From assembly GCA_965205485.1 (NCBI GenBank), contig OZ242180.1:896001-960000 (forward strand): a DNA stretch of 64,000 nucleotides, read 5' to 3'. This DNA comes from Candidatus Latescibacterota bacterium (lineage in GTDB: Bacteria > Latescibacterota > UBA2968 > GCA-2709665). A model generated the notes under the pieces. It was not told the origin of the DNA. It did not search any database and saw nothing but the letters and a program-made list of their open reading frames with translations. A program made the position numbers and the translations under genes. Below are positions 40,680-50,782 of this stretch, one piece after another. The first letter of the stretch is position 1. Every line of letters begins with the position of its first letter.

Positions 40680-41621
40680 TCAGGCCGTTCCGTCCACCAG
40701 CCCCTTCATGTAGCCGATGGCGTAGAGCCTTCCCATCAGGGTGTAGCCCGGCGGGTCGTTGGCTTCGCCGGAAAGCACCGGGACGTGGTCCGGCCGTATG
40801 GGTCCGGTGAAACCGATGTCCCGGTACGCCCGGATGCACTCGGCCATGTCCGTGTCGCCCTCGTCATGGAAGGTCTCCTCGAAGCTGGGTACGGTTCCTC
40901 TCACGTCGCGGAAGTGGGAGAAATGGATCCTGTCCCCGAACCGGCGGATGGCTGCCGGCACGTCCGCGCCCATTGCTGCGAAGTTGCCCTGGCAGAAGGT
41001 AATGCCGTTGTATTCGCTGGGAACCATGTCGATGACGCGCTGGAACGCGTCTACGCTGGTGATGATGCGGCCGATTCCCCGGACGGGCGAGAGGGGCGGA
41101 TCGTCAGGGTGCAGCGCCTGCCTTACGCCGGCCTCTTCGGCCACGGGAATGACACGCTCGAGAAAGTATTCCAGGGATTCCCAGAGCAGTGCTTCGCTCA
41201 CTTCCCCATATTTCGTAGGGGGCGCGTCCTGCATCAGCGTGTCATCGTAACTGCTCACAAACGCATCTCCCCGGCCGCGCGTTGTGAAAGAGGTACGCAT
41301 CCAGTTGAATACCGCCATCCAGTTCCAGCACATGATCCCGATACCGGCCGCGCCCAGGTTGCGGATGGTCTGGCAGTACGCGTCGATATCCGCGTCACGG
41401 CCATCCAGACCCAGCGTGATGCGGTTCGAGATCAGTACGGACTCCACCACGGACCACGTGAGACCCGCGTCCGCGATGCGTTGCTTGTGATGTACGATGG
41501 CGTCAAAGTCCCAGATCGGCCCGCCGTTGGGAAGTGTCGTTACAAGGTCGGTCACGCCGATCTGGCGGGCGAGGGCCATCCGTTCTTCGTCGAGGGGCGA
41601 CAGGACCAGTGCGAATCTCAT
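40680..41621 (-). CDS. uxuA: Mannonate dehydratase family protein
   Basis: WSVVES, LEYFLERVIPVAEEAGV..ALHPDDPP, NGITFCQG, HFRDV, RPDH, GRLYAIGYMKGL. Confidence 0.88.
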   Translation of the reverse strand: MRFALVLSPLDEERMALARQIGVTDLVTTLPNGGPIWDFDAIVHHKQRIADAGLTWSVVESVLISNRITLGLDGRDADIDAYCQTIRNLGAAGIGIMCWNWMAVFNWMRTSFTTRGRGDAFVSSYDDTLMQDAPPTKYGEVSEALLWESLEYFLERVIPVAEEAGVRQALHPDDPPLSPVRGIGRIITSVDAFQRVIDMVPSEYNGITFCQGNFAAMGADVPAAIRRFGDRIHFSHFRDVRGTVPSFEETFHDEGDTDMAECIRAYRDIGFTGPIRPDHVPVLSGEANDPPGYTLMGRLYAIGYMKGLVDGTA

Positions 41622-41991
41622 TGGATTGGTCTCCTAATCGGGTGTATGGACGGCGTGATGACATGTCGATCGTGCCACGGTTGAAAGGCCTACCAATTTA
41701 TGCGATCAGGGATTGATGCGCAAATCGAAAGGCGCCCTGAATAACGCATATCACGACAACCTGTGTACATTTAGATGCGCCCACAGCCCAACGCGTTTGG
41801 AATGCTGGGACGGACTCAAACAGGTTCTACCCGAGGCGGTCCATACATTCCCCCCAAACGCGTTCAGTAAATACAAATGATGCCTCAGCCAAAAACAGGA
41901 TTCGAGGCGTGAGGCATCAGGTGTGCTGAGTAATAATACTTCTGTCGTAGAACGAATTGATCTGCGAGCACGTGAACGGATAGGGCTTATT

Positions 41992-42387
41992 TCAGTCCGG
42001 ATCGATCTCGAATCCTTCGCTCCATCGCGCGATGCGCTGCAGAGTGATCCGGATCTTCGGCTGAATTCCGCAAATCGCACTGTGTGCGCGATTGTGTTCA
42101 GATGGAACGTGACGCACTTCGTGACGTTCTCTTCGTACATCTGCTACTTTGAGCTCGACAATGCCGTTATCATCGGGAACTCTCGCTCGATTCTGCGACT
42201 GCCGGGGAGTTGAATATTTCGACCAATCTACAGACAGATAGCTACCTGCGAAGCTGAACAATCCGACCGGGAACTCGTGCGCCTTGTTTACCCTTTTTGA
42301 TTTTCTGATCTCGTAGTACTTCTTCTTGTTTACGCGGTAATACAGCAAGTCGGAATTCGGTATGTACTCAATGTCCCACCTATGCAT
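41992..42387 (-). CDS. Small hypothetical protein with ADP-ribosyltransferase-like motif order
   Basis: LLYYR...LSVDW...HVP..NRAH; AT-richer codon usage; start overlaps the stop of the upstream gene. Confidence 0.6.
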   Translation of the reverse strand: MHRWDIEYIPNSDLLYYRVNKKKYYEIRKSKRVNKAHEFPVGLFSFAGSYLSVDWSKYSTPRQSQNRARVPDDNGIVELKVADVRRERHEVRHVPSEHNRAHSAICGIQPKIRITLQRIARWSEGFEIDPD

Positions 42388-42829
42388 TCAATTCCTCCAT
42401 CCAGTGCGCGATCTCTTCTGGATCGGGTCTTTGTTCGCCCTGGATAGATCGTTCGCCGTTACAGTTGTCCCCGTAAAATGAAGATGAACCGTCAGCATTA
42501 AAGACAATCAATAGCTCGAAAAGAGGTGTTCGCCAATGAACGTCGACGCTTCCCCCGCTCGCCGGCAAGATCTCGACTTCTCTGGCGAGGCTTTCGCCAT
42601 TTCCTTGCGAGCACAACTCATTTACGAAATCGCTGGCGGACTTGACGGTAATTTCATCGAAAACGGGTGACCCTTCGCCATCCCAATCGGCTTCCAGACT
42701 AAATAGCCGTTGCTTCGCATTCTCGACTATGGCAGCGACGTCGCCTCCATTGCCTGCTGATGACTCATCAACTACAACAGCCTTCTCGTCTTGCCCGCGA
42801 TATCTTACGTCTCTGTATTCCATCTGCAA
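42380..42829 (-). CDS. Acidic hypothetical protein (DWDGEG motif), partner of the downstream gene
   Basis: LEADWDGEGSP...ILPASGGSVDVHW; 8-nt overlap with 41992-42387. Confidence 0.65.
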   Translation of the reverse strand: MQMEYRDVRYRGQDEKAVVVDESSAGNGGDVAAIVENAKQRLFSLEADWDGEGSPVFDEITVKSASDFVNELCSQGNGESLAREVEILPASGGSVDVHWRTPLFELLIVFNADGSSSFYGDNCNGERSIQGEQRPDPEEIAHWMEELNA

Positions 42830-43183
42830 TACTCATCCAAAGGAGGTAGATGTCTTGCCAGAATTCCAGCGAGTCACCCACAAGGAACATCTCAAAGGTG
42901 TCGCCAATGAGAAAATGCGTACGTCGGCCAGATCCTCTCAGATCTCGCATGCACAGATTGCAACAGATCAAACTCATCCAGGACGCATCCAAGTCCTGTA
43001 CATGACCGGATAATCCGCAATGCAAGCGCAAAAGCCTGGAGATTGCGCGTCAGAAACCTGACGAAATACCGGCTCGGGAAAATATAGCCGAATCTTGAAA
43101 TCTGTCAACGGTATTTCACCTTGAGACGATTTCAGAAACGTCGGCTTTGTTTGCTCTTGAAGGCAACTCCCAGGATTTCCACT

Positions 43184-46100
43184 TCAATTGGTTATGGTAG
43201 ACGGCCTCTTCTGTCTAAGGCCTGGACTGACGGCGCTCACGCTGCCGCCGTCCGTCCCAACAAGAAGGGCGGACTCTCCATACACTGTCAGGGACTTTAT
43301 AACGGTAACGCCGGCTTCCATGCGGTGGCTGCCCACGACCTCTCCGTCGAGAGAAAGAAACACAACCCACCCCTCGGAGGTCCCTGCAACGATTGTCTCC
43401 ACTTCGTCTTCCTTGAGATGGACCAGACCGGTCACCCCGCCATCGAGGTCCCGGCGCCAGCGCTTCTTCCCCGTACCGCTCAACAGCGCCACGTGCCCGC
43501 TTTCGCTTCCCGCCGCGAATCCGTGTCCCGGAACCGTCACACCGTACCGGACGTCGTCTCCCAGGTTGGCCGTCCAGAGGATCTCTCCCGAAGTCGAATC
43601 CACCGTGTAGACATTTCCGTCCATGGCGCCGTAGACCGATTCCTTCACGCCGTCGCCATTCAGGTCCGCCAGGGCCAAAGCCGAGAAACAGGGGCCCCCG
43701 TTAACCGTCCACCGGATCCTCCCGTCGGCCTCCAGCAGATTCGACGTGTAATATTCAGCGCCCACCAGGATTTCCTGCCTGCCGTCTCCCTCCACGTCGC
43801 CGACGACCATCGTCCGCGCGGCGTGGTGTTCGATCTGCCGCTGCCAGACTTCCTCTCCGTCCGACGCCAGCGCCCACACCAGCCACCCGTCCGTGGCTGT
43901 CAGGATCACCTGATTTCCGTCACCGGTCAGATCTGCCGTCGTCACCGCGTTCACATTCTGATCCACCCCGTGCGAATCTGAAAACCGGCGCTTCCAGCAG
44001 ACCCCGCCTCCGGAATCGAACAGCGTCAGCGCGCGGTCCCTTCCACCGGCCAGAAGTCTTCCTTCCTTAAGATCCGCGAGATGCACGGCGCGCACTTCGG
44101 CGCGTGTCTCGCGCGTCCAGCGAATCCGCCCTTCGGGGTCCAGCACGAGTACCTGCCCGCTGCCCGTCCCAACCGCAATCGAGTCAGCCTTCGCATCGGC
44201 GCATCGGACCGGTCCCCGGACCTGCGCCTCCCACAAACGCCTGAGGGACGTATCTTTCGGCACGAAACCGTATTTTCCCGGCGCCCTGCGATGCTCGTAA
44301 GGCGTGCCGGACCGGACGGCCTCGCGCAGGACGTCCTCAAGACCGGCTTCCAGCGTGATCCGATGGGTTCCGGCCGTGAGTTTGTCCGCCTCTGGTTCCA
44401 CCACCCCGTCAATACAGATGCCCTCGGTCCGAGCCCGGGTCTCCTTGCTTGCGCGGACCTCACCCGCTCTCTCGCCCGGATACAGTACGATGTGCACCGG
44501 CACGTCGCATTCAAACACCACGCCATTCGCCCACAGACCCGTCGCGTCAAGCAGTATCAGGTTTGATTCGGTCAACGCGAAAGCGGCGGCGGCGACCCTG
44601 AGCCCGCCTATTCGCGCTTCCCCGCCGTCAACGCCGAATACGGTCAGGCCGTCCGGGTGCGCCACCCTGACCCTGCCCTCTCCGATGCGCTCGATCCGCC
44701 AGGCATCGATCTCCGCTTCCGACCCCGCCACCATCAGGTTGAAATACCTTTCAACGTGTCCGGGCCGCCCGTGGAGCGCCTTGTGCTGGTTGAAGATCCG
44801 GATCGGGCCGTCCGCGAACGGATACAGTTCGTAGGGGTCGGTCCCTGCAACGCGGGCTTCCTCCGTCAGAAGCGACTTTTCCGAATCATCCGCATTCAGG
44901 AGCCGGAAATACACGCCCTCCTGTTCCACCGTCAGTTCGCATCCGTCCTGCCTGACCTCGCCCAGCGTCCGCCACAGGCACCTCAGATCGTAATCCGCGT
45001 CCCTGAGCAGCCTCAGCGAGTCCGCGATCAGAAAGAACCCGCCCCTCACCCAGAAGATATCCCGTGTCCAGTCCAGTCCGTTGTATTCCGGCACGACCGT
45101 ACGCGTGAAGGCGGTCTTTCCGAAGGCCTCAGCCCACTTCAACGCCACCAGGGGCGGCATCTCCACGGTTTCACCGTCACAGATGGACACGACGGACGAG
45201 TGGTGTCGGGGCCGCTTCCAGATATAATCCAGATCCGCCAGCCACATCCGCCCCTTCCACGTGAGCCGCCCGATCGAGTTGCCGTCCTCGTGTCCGTGGG
45301 CGAAGGTTGACGTCCCGTCCAACAGGAGGTATTCGTCCCCGCTGTCGAAACCTCCGCGCAGAACCAGCTTGTCGAACGCTTCCTCGATCGCCACGTTCGC
45401 TCCGCCCTTTGCGTGCCGCTCCACCCAATCGTAAAGCGAACAGTTAAACGGCGCCACAGAGACCCCTGCCAGCCGATCGGGCGTGCGTTTCGGAAGCGCG
45501 CGGTAATAACAGCCGGGAAACGGCGCGCCGCCCATCCAGTCCAGCGCCCAGAGGTAGCTCGCGTCCTCATAGTACCAGGCCGCTGTGCAGAGCGCCATCG
45601 CGAGCTCGAGCGATATCGTCTTGTTCTTGAGCGCCACGGCGTACCGCCCCTGCTCGATGTAGGACCACATGTCGCCGAAGCTCACCGGAACGCCGAGATT
45701 GTCCGTCACCTGTATGCCGTAGTCGGCAAAAGTCCGGAGTTGCCCGTTCTCCAGGAAGCGGAAATCGTCCCGCTTCAAATCGTAGATCACCTGGTGATAC
45801 GGCGCCAGCCAGCAGTAGCCCCACCACCCTCCGCCCGCATCGTCGTTCGGCTTGTAGCTGTTCGCCTGTCCGTCGAAAATCGCCCTGGAGTACCGGATCT
45901 GCTTCTCGAATCCCGTGATCCCGTAATAGTTCTGGAAATACTCCGTGCAAATCGAACCGCTCAGCCCCGCGAACGTCCAGTGGTTCTGCCGGATTTCCAG
46001 AGGCGGCGGCGTTTCGGCCTTGAAATAACGGGTGCCGGCCACGTAATTCGCGAGCCCCCACAGCACATTGGTGATCCGGAGGCGTTCCGCGTCGGTAAAC

Positions 46101-46858
46101 GCATCGCTCTCCTCGATCAGGTCCCAGACCAGGAACAGCCGCCACGCCCAGGAATAGATGAACAGCATATGCTCGAACAGCCAGTTCCCGGCATAGCGAT
46201 TCCTGACCAGGTCCTCGTAGTAGAAGAGCGCGTCCCGGAACATCCGCGCGCAGCCGGGATCGTGGGTCAGGTGGTGGGCCAGACCCAGGAAGGTGCCCTG
46301 CTCGACAGGATAGTAGCTGAGATTGTCCCGGTACATCTCGGCCACCCAATCGCGGAAGGCCTCGGGCGTCATTTCCGGCAGCAGCGTCTCGTGAACCTCT
46401 GTCCGGGACAGATTCGTATACCCCAATCGCCCCCCGGTTTCTTCCAGTACGCGCTCCAGCACCTCGACCGCGTTGGCCGCGCCATCCAGCGTGCTGGCCC
46501 CCACCAGCAACGCGTTATAGCCGCAGTTCTCCGGATTGTGCACAGTCCTGATTGCATACCCGTCCCCGCCTGGATACCAGTCGTCCAGGAACGCGTATTG
46601 CCGCCGGTAAAGCGCCATGATCGAACCGTTGACCATCGCGTTGCCCAGCAGCACGCGGTGCCGGCCTTCCGGCAGGGGCGCCAGGCTTTCAGGATCTACG
46701 ATCGGCAGGTCCACTCCCGCACGCGCGCGGATCATCTCACGCAGCCGCCGACCGAGACGCGCCCATTCCGGCTCTACCGGCGCCACGATCTCCGCCCCCT
46801 CCCGGAGGTCCGTGGTCAGGTGCATATCCTTCAACGTTTCAATGCGATCCTCGGCCAT
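43184..46858 (-). CDS. Large protein: alpha-helical domain, heparinase II/III-like region and C-terminal FG-GAP/PQQ-like beta-propeller
   Basis: QNHWT, AFDKLVLR..YLLLDG..HGHEDGNSI, WTRDIFW; repeats ADLTGDG, GDVEGDG, ADLNGDG. Confidence 0.6.
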   Translation of the reverse strand: MAEDRIETLKDMHLTTDLREGAEIVAPVEPEWARLGRRLREMIRARAGVDLPIVDPESLAPLPEGRHRVLLGNAMVNGSIMALYRRQYAFLDDWYPGGDGYAIRTVHNPENCGYNALLVGASTLDGAANAVEVLERVLEETGGRLGYTNLSRTEVHETLLPEMTPEAFRDWVAEMYRDNLSYYPVEQGTFLGLAHHLTHDPGCARMFRDALFYYEDLVRNRYAGNWLFEHMLFIYSWAWRLFLVWDLIEESDAFTDAERLRITNVLWGLANYVAGTRYFKAETPPPLEIRQNHWTFAGLSGSICTEYFQNYYGITGFEKQIRYSRAIFDGQANSYKPNDDAGGGWWGYCWLAPYHQVIYDLKRDDFRFLENGQLRTFADYGIQVTDNLGVPVSFGDMWSYIEQGRYAVALKNKTISLELAMALCTAAWYYEDASYLWALDWMGGAPFPGCYYRALPKRTPDRLAGVSVAPFNCSLYDWVERHAKGGANVAIEEAFDKLVLRGGFDSGDEYLLLDGTSTFAHGHEDGNSIGRLTWKGRMWLADLDYIWKRPRHHSSVVSICDGETVEMPPLVALKWAEAFGKTAFTRTVVPEYNGLDWTRDIFWVRGGFFLIADSLRLLRDADYDLRCLWRTLGEVRQDGCELTVEQEGVYFRLLNADDSEKSLLTEEARVAGTDPYELYPFADGPIRIFNQHKALHGRPGHVERYFNLMVAGSEAEIDAWRIERIGEGRVRVAHPDGLTVFGVDGGEARIGGLRVAAAAFALTESNLILLDATGLWANGVVFECDVPVHIVLYPGERAGEVRASKETRARTEGICIDGVVEPEADKLTAGTHRITLEAGLEDVLREAVRSGTPYEHRRAPGKYGFVPKDTSLRRLWEAQVRGPVRCADAKADSIAVGTGSGQVLVLDPEGRIRWTRETRAEVRAVHLADLKEGRLLAGGRDRALTLFDSGGGVCWKRRFSDSHGVDQNVNAVTTADLTGDGNQVILTATDGWLVWALASDGEEVWQRQIEHHAARTMVVGDVEGDGRQEILVGAEYYTSNLLEADGRIRWTVNGGPCFSALALADLNGDGVKESVYGAMDGNVYTVDSTSGEILWTANLGDDVRYGVTVPGHGFAAGSESGHVALLSGTGKKRWRRDLDGGVTGLVHLKEDEVETIVAGTSEGWVVFLSLDGEVVGSHRMEAGVTVIKSLTVYGESALLVGTDGGSVSAVSPGLRQKRPSTITN

Positions 46859-47147
46859 CGCGCATCCCTTGTAAAGGCAGTCACAAACTTGAAGCCTCTC
46901 AGTTTCACTTCCCGCATTTCAATGGGCAGGCACCCACCGGGCGTGGCCACCGACTTCCGGCGACAAGAGCTCACCGACGTTCTGAGCGTAAACAGCCATC
47001 CTGCAGGACAAACTGCAGCAAGAACGACAACACAGGCTTTCCGACCGGATTTCTGGTCTGTGTTCATGGAATGTAGGTGACAGTTTGCCTCGATTCGCGT
47101 ATCTTTCAGGTAGTCGCATAATCATCGATGTTCGGAGAATACTGACC

Positions 47148-47444
47148 GTGACAATAGAGACAATAAAAGAAATCGCAATTCCTGCATGTCGGGAATTCAG
47201 GGTAAAAAGATTGGATCTGTTCGGATCATTGAGCCGGGGCCAGGGAACTGCTGTCAGCGACGTGGATCTGATCGTGGAGTTCGAGGATCCTACTATGTTT
47301 CCTTCGAAGAGGTTTTTCGGGCTTCTACACCATCTCGAGGACAACCTGAATTGCAAAGTTGATTTGCTTACGTTCAATGGACTCAAGAACCCCTACTTTC
47401 GTCGCAGCATCCTTGACGAAAGGGTGAACATCTATGGACGATGA
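47148..47444 (+). CDS. Minimal nucleotidyltransferase (MntA-type antitoxin)
   Basis: LFGSLSRG...SDVDLIVEF...VDL; start re-called at GTG 47148 after GGAG. Confidence 0.88.
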   Translation: MTIETIKEIAIPACREFRVKRLDLFGSLSRGQGTAVSDVDLIVEFEDPTMFPSKRFFGLLHHLEDNLNCKVDLLTFNGLKNPYFRRSILDERVNIYGR

Positions 47445-47796
47445 GATACTCAAATACCTCTACGACATCAAGGATGCGGCCTCGGCAATCCTCAAGTTTG
47501 TTCAGGACAAGACCTATGATGATTATCGAGAAGACGAACTGCTCAAGAGTGGCGTCGAACGAAAATTCGAAATAATCGGTGAAGCACTGAATAGATTGAA
47601 ACGAGATAATCCGAAGTTACTCGATAGAATACGGGATCATCGCAGTATCATTTCATTCAGAAATATACTCGCGCATGATTACAACAGTATTGATCACACA
47701 ATCGTATGGGGGATTATTGAAGAAAACCTGGACAATCTCTATTCGGACGTGGGTAAATTACTCATCGATAATGAACCTGAATCGCCTGACGGATGA
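47434..47796 (+). CDS. HEPN domain (DUF86/HepT-like) ribonuclease toxin
   Basis: ERKFEIIGEA and RNILAHDY (RX4H-x-Y) motifs; overlaps the MNT gene. Confidence 0.9.
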   Translation: MDDEILKYLYDIKDAASAILKFVQDKTYDDYREDELLKSGVERKFEIIGEALNRLKRDNPKLLDRIRDHRSIISFRNILAHDYNSIDHTIVWGIIEENLDNLYSDVGKLLIDNEPESPDG

Positions 47797-47868
47797 CCCG
47801 CATCATACCTGACTCAATTCTGTGATCACGCCCCTGTCCGTGCCCGCCACACGAATTCCCTCTATTGC

Positions 47869-50622
47869 TTACTCAACCGGTAGCTCGACCAGAACGCTCG
47901 TTTGATCCTCGGAACTGAAGACGCGTCTCCCGTCCAGTTCGGCAAACGTCCCGCCGTGCAAGACCACCGACCCGGCACCGTCAGGTCCCCGGCGCACCAG
48001 AATGGCGAGGGCGTCCGTGGTCAGCCCGCCCGCAGTAACTGTTTCATCTCCCGTTCTGAAGACAGCCAGAGCGGATCCATCCGGGCCGCTTACCCGGATG
48101 CCGATCCCGCCATGCCCCGTCACCCGCATCGCCGTAACCGGTTCAGCCTCAGCGGAACGCAGCGGCTGAAGCAGGTGAAGGTAATGCACGCTCTCCACCG
48201 GCCCCGGCGTCGGAAACCGCAGATAGGGCCGCCGATCCGCATCCCGTGCGGCGGGCGTGGAATCGATCCTGACGGTCGACGCATCGGGCCATAGGTGCCT
48301 GATGTGCATCCATGCCGCGCGTCCCTCGATTCTGGACGTCTCTCCGGCGACTGCCACCTTGCCGTACGGGCTCAGCAGCCGCCACTCGATCTGTCTGGGT
48401 TGCTTTCCGGCGGTTTCGATCTCATCGAACAGCACCAGGTACCGCAGGTCCGGGTCGCCCTGCGGCTTCAGGAACATCAGATGGCGGCGATAGGTATCCA
48501 GCAGGGGCCGGTACGCGTGCGCCGCCTCCCCCCTTACGTAATCGTAGTCCCTTGAGAAATAGGTCTCCTCGATCCGGCCGCTCTTCGAAATTTCCTCTGG
48601 TCCCAGCCATTGCAATTCGTACTCACGCGGCACAGGGCTTTCCTCGTGCACCGTCGGCTGTCCCCGTCCATCCACCAGAATCGTGTTTCGCCCCGGTGTG
48701 CCCTGGTACCAGGCCGTCAGATCGTACTGCGCCTGCGTCAGCGCCGCCTCCCCCGTCTTCGGTGTCCGCGGCGGCGACAATAGACGCTCCCCGAACGCGG
48801 TGAGCGTAAACGCATTCTTGTCCCCCTGTTCCTTACTCACTTCCGGTCCGGACGTGAACGTGACGTGTACCCCTTCCGTGTGAAGCGTGTCGTATAACTT
48901 GACCAGCCCCAGGTCCCGGAAGTGAAACCCGGCCACGTCTTTCTTCGGAGCCGCCGGCGGCAGGCTCTCGTCGTAGAACAGGAACTCCCAGGGCCCGTGG
49001 AAATAGAGCCCCGTCGCCGCCGCAACTCCCAGCGTATACGTTCCGTCCATCTCCTCAACCGCCTTGGCGATCTCGTGTTCACCTGTAAATGCGATGCCCC
49101 TCACACGCCGCCCTCCGGACATCAGCATCAGCATTGCCTGCCCGGTATCCGACCGGTACTTACGCAGGGATGCCCGGATCTGGCCGGCGCGCAAGCTGGC
49201 GAATTCGAGGGCCGTCTCCCCCCGTTCTTCCGTCAGCGCCACCGGTCCAGCCAGGCGATCCACGATGTCCCCGCCGGCGTCGAAGACCTCCATAGAAAGG
49301 ACCTCGACCCGGTCGCCCTCAACCCGAAGCGTGACCCTGTCGATCCCTTCCACGCGTTCGATATTCTGCCGATCCCGCAGGAGGCCATTCACTTCGATCT
49401 GCATCCCGCCGGTCCCGGCATCCCATCGCAGGGAGACCGTATAAAGGGTTTCAGGATGGTAGTGGACTTTGTCCCGGTTATACCAGTACGCCGGGTAACC
49501 CTTCATATCGGGCCGCAGGTCGTGCTTCAGGGCCAGCCACTGAAGCGCCGGGTCCCGCAGTCTGCCGGCGTGCGCCAGAAGGCCCGCCCGATCGTTATAA
49601 TGCCCGCGCGACCTGAACATCTCCATCCCGAAAATCAGAAAGTGCGACAACTGGCGCAGCGGCCCGGTATCGAACAGGTCCGGCCCTCCGTTTCGGGCAA
49701 GCGCCTCCATAAACCGACCCCCGTCGCTCAGGCAGACCCCCAGCCAGCCGCGCCCCTCCATCCGCTCTCCGTCTCTCCCATAGGCCGCCGGCAGCAGGTA
49801 ATCCCGCGTGAGCACCAGACCCATATCCAGCCAGTCCCGCGCCTCTTCGACCTCGTACAGCAGCCCCAGACCCGCCAGTCCCTCAAGCGGTATGCTCCGC
49901 CACCTGTGGTTATTCGCAAGGGACCCCCGACGCGCCGCCGGGTCCTGCGTCAGCCAGTACGCATCCTTCTCGCACAGTTTCCGCCCCTTCTCGCGCAGTC
50001 CCGCAAGCAGACGTTCGCGTTCCTCCCGGGAGAATCGACCGGGAATCCAGTCGTAGACAATCACCGCTCCCGACAGAATCATGGCCGCCTCCATATCCCA
50101 GGGATCGGCAGCCGGACCCCAGTTCTCCCAGCCCGCGTACGCCAGCGCCCAGGCCTTGGCGCGCCTGGCGAAGACCTCCTCTCCCGTCAGCAGGTATGCG
50201 AACGCGTACAACGGGCCATAGTATTGCATCGCGTATGCGTAAGACAGAAAATCGTAGGTCGCCTTCAGAAACGACCCGTCGTAACTGCCATCGGGTAAGC
50301 GGCTGTTGGACGCTCCCGCAGGCGGGTCCTTCGGGATCGGGTTTCTCAACGTCAGCCTGGCCGCCCGGACGATTCCCTCGGCGCACTCCCGGTACGGTTC
50401 CCGCCGGGCCATTTCGCGCAGACGCGGCACGTCTTCAGCCGTGAAGAAAAGGTAGGGATGCGTGCGTTCGGCCTCCAGCAACGCCCCGCTGATCCCCCGG
50501 TTTCCCAGCAGGTCCCTGATGTTCACAGGCTCACCCCCGAAAACCGAACTCCATGAAACCGCCATTGAGGCAACGAGTGGGCAGACCCCCGCCCATTCTG
50601 GTTTCGAAATGAAACGCATCAT
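47869..50622 (-). CDS. DUF4962/heparinase II/III-like polysaccharide lyase family protein
   Basis: Signal-like N-terminus, HPYLFFT, YAFAYLLTGE, NNH, DKNAFTL..GERL, NTILVDGRGQ, GEAAHAY, RRHLMF. Confidence 0.68.
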   Translation of the reverse strand: MMRFISKPEWAGVCPLVASMAVSWSSVFGGEPVNIRDLLGNRGISGALLEAERTHPYLFFTAEDVPRLREMARREPYRECAEGIVRAARLTLRNPIPKDPPAGASNSRLPDGSYDGSFLKATYDFLSYAYAMQYYGPLYAFAYLLTGEEVFARRAKAWALAYAGWENWGPAADPWDMEAAMILSGAVIVYDWIPGRFSREERERLLAGLREKGRKLCEKDAYWLTQDPAARRGSLANNHRWRSIPLEGLAGLGLLYEVEEARDWLDMGLVLTRDYLLPAAYGRDGERMEGRGWLGVCLSDGGRFMEALARNGGPDLFDTGPLRQLSHFLIFGMEMFRSRGHYNDRAGLLAHAGRLRDPALQWLALKHDLRPDMKGYPAYWYNRDKVHYHPETLYTVSLRWDAGTGGMQIEVNGLLRDRQNIERVEGIDRVTLRVEGDRVEVLSMEVFDAGGDIVDRLAGPVALTEERGETALEFASLRAGQIRASLRKYRSDTGQAMLMLMSGGRRVRGIAFTGEHEIAKAVEEMDGTYTLGVAAATGLYFHGPWEFLFYDESLPPAAPKKDVAGFHFRDLGLVKLYDTLHTEGVHVTFTSGPEVSKEQGDKNAFTLTAFGERLLSPPRTPKTGEAALTQAQYDLTAWYQGTPGRNTILVDGRGQPTVHEESPVPREYELQWLGPEEISKSGRIEETYFSRDYDYVRGEAAHAYRPLLDTYRRHLMFLKPQGDPDLRYLVLFDEIETAGKQPRQIEWRLLSPYGKVAVAGETSRIEGRAAWMHIRHLWPDASTVRIDSTPAARDADRRPYLRFPTPGPVESVHYLHLLQPLRSAEAEPVTAMRVTGHGGIGIRVSGPDGSALAVFRTGDETVTAGGLTTDALAILVRRGPDGAGSVVLHGGTFAELDGRRVFSSEDQTSVLVELPVE

Positions 50623-50782
50623 GTCCGACTCAATGCGGTGATCCCACCCCGGTCCGTGCCTGCCAAAAGGGCCGGACCATCGGCGAGATCCAGGCCGGCA
50701 GGAAGCCCGGGGAGCTTGTTATTCCGATAGGATATGCTTACTTTAACCGGTCGATCGCGTCACACGCCGGGGAAGGACCAGG

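Noticed and set aside
42768..43031. 87-aa ORF as an intact gene
   Set aside because: Weak start, overlap with the downstream gene and no clear family; at most a remnant.
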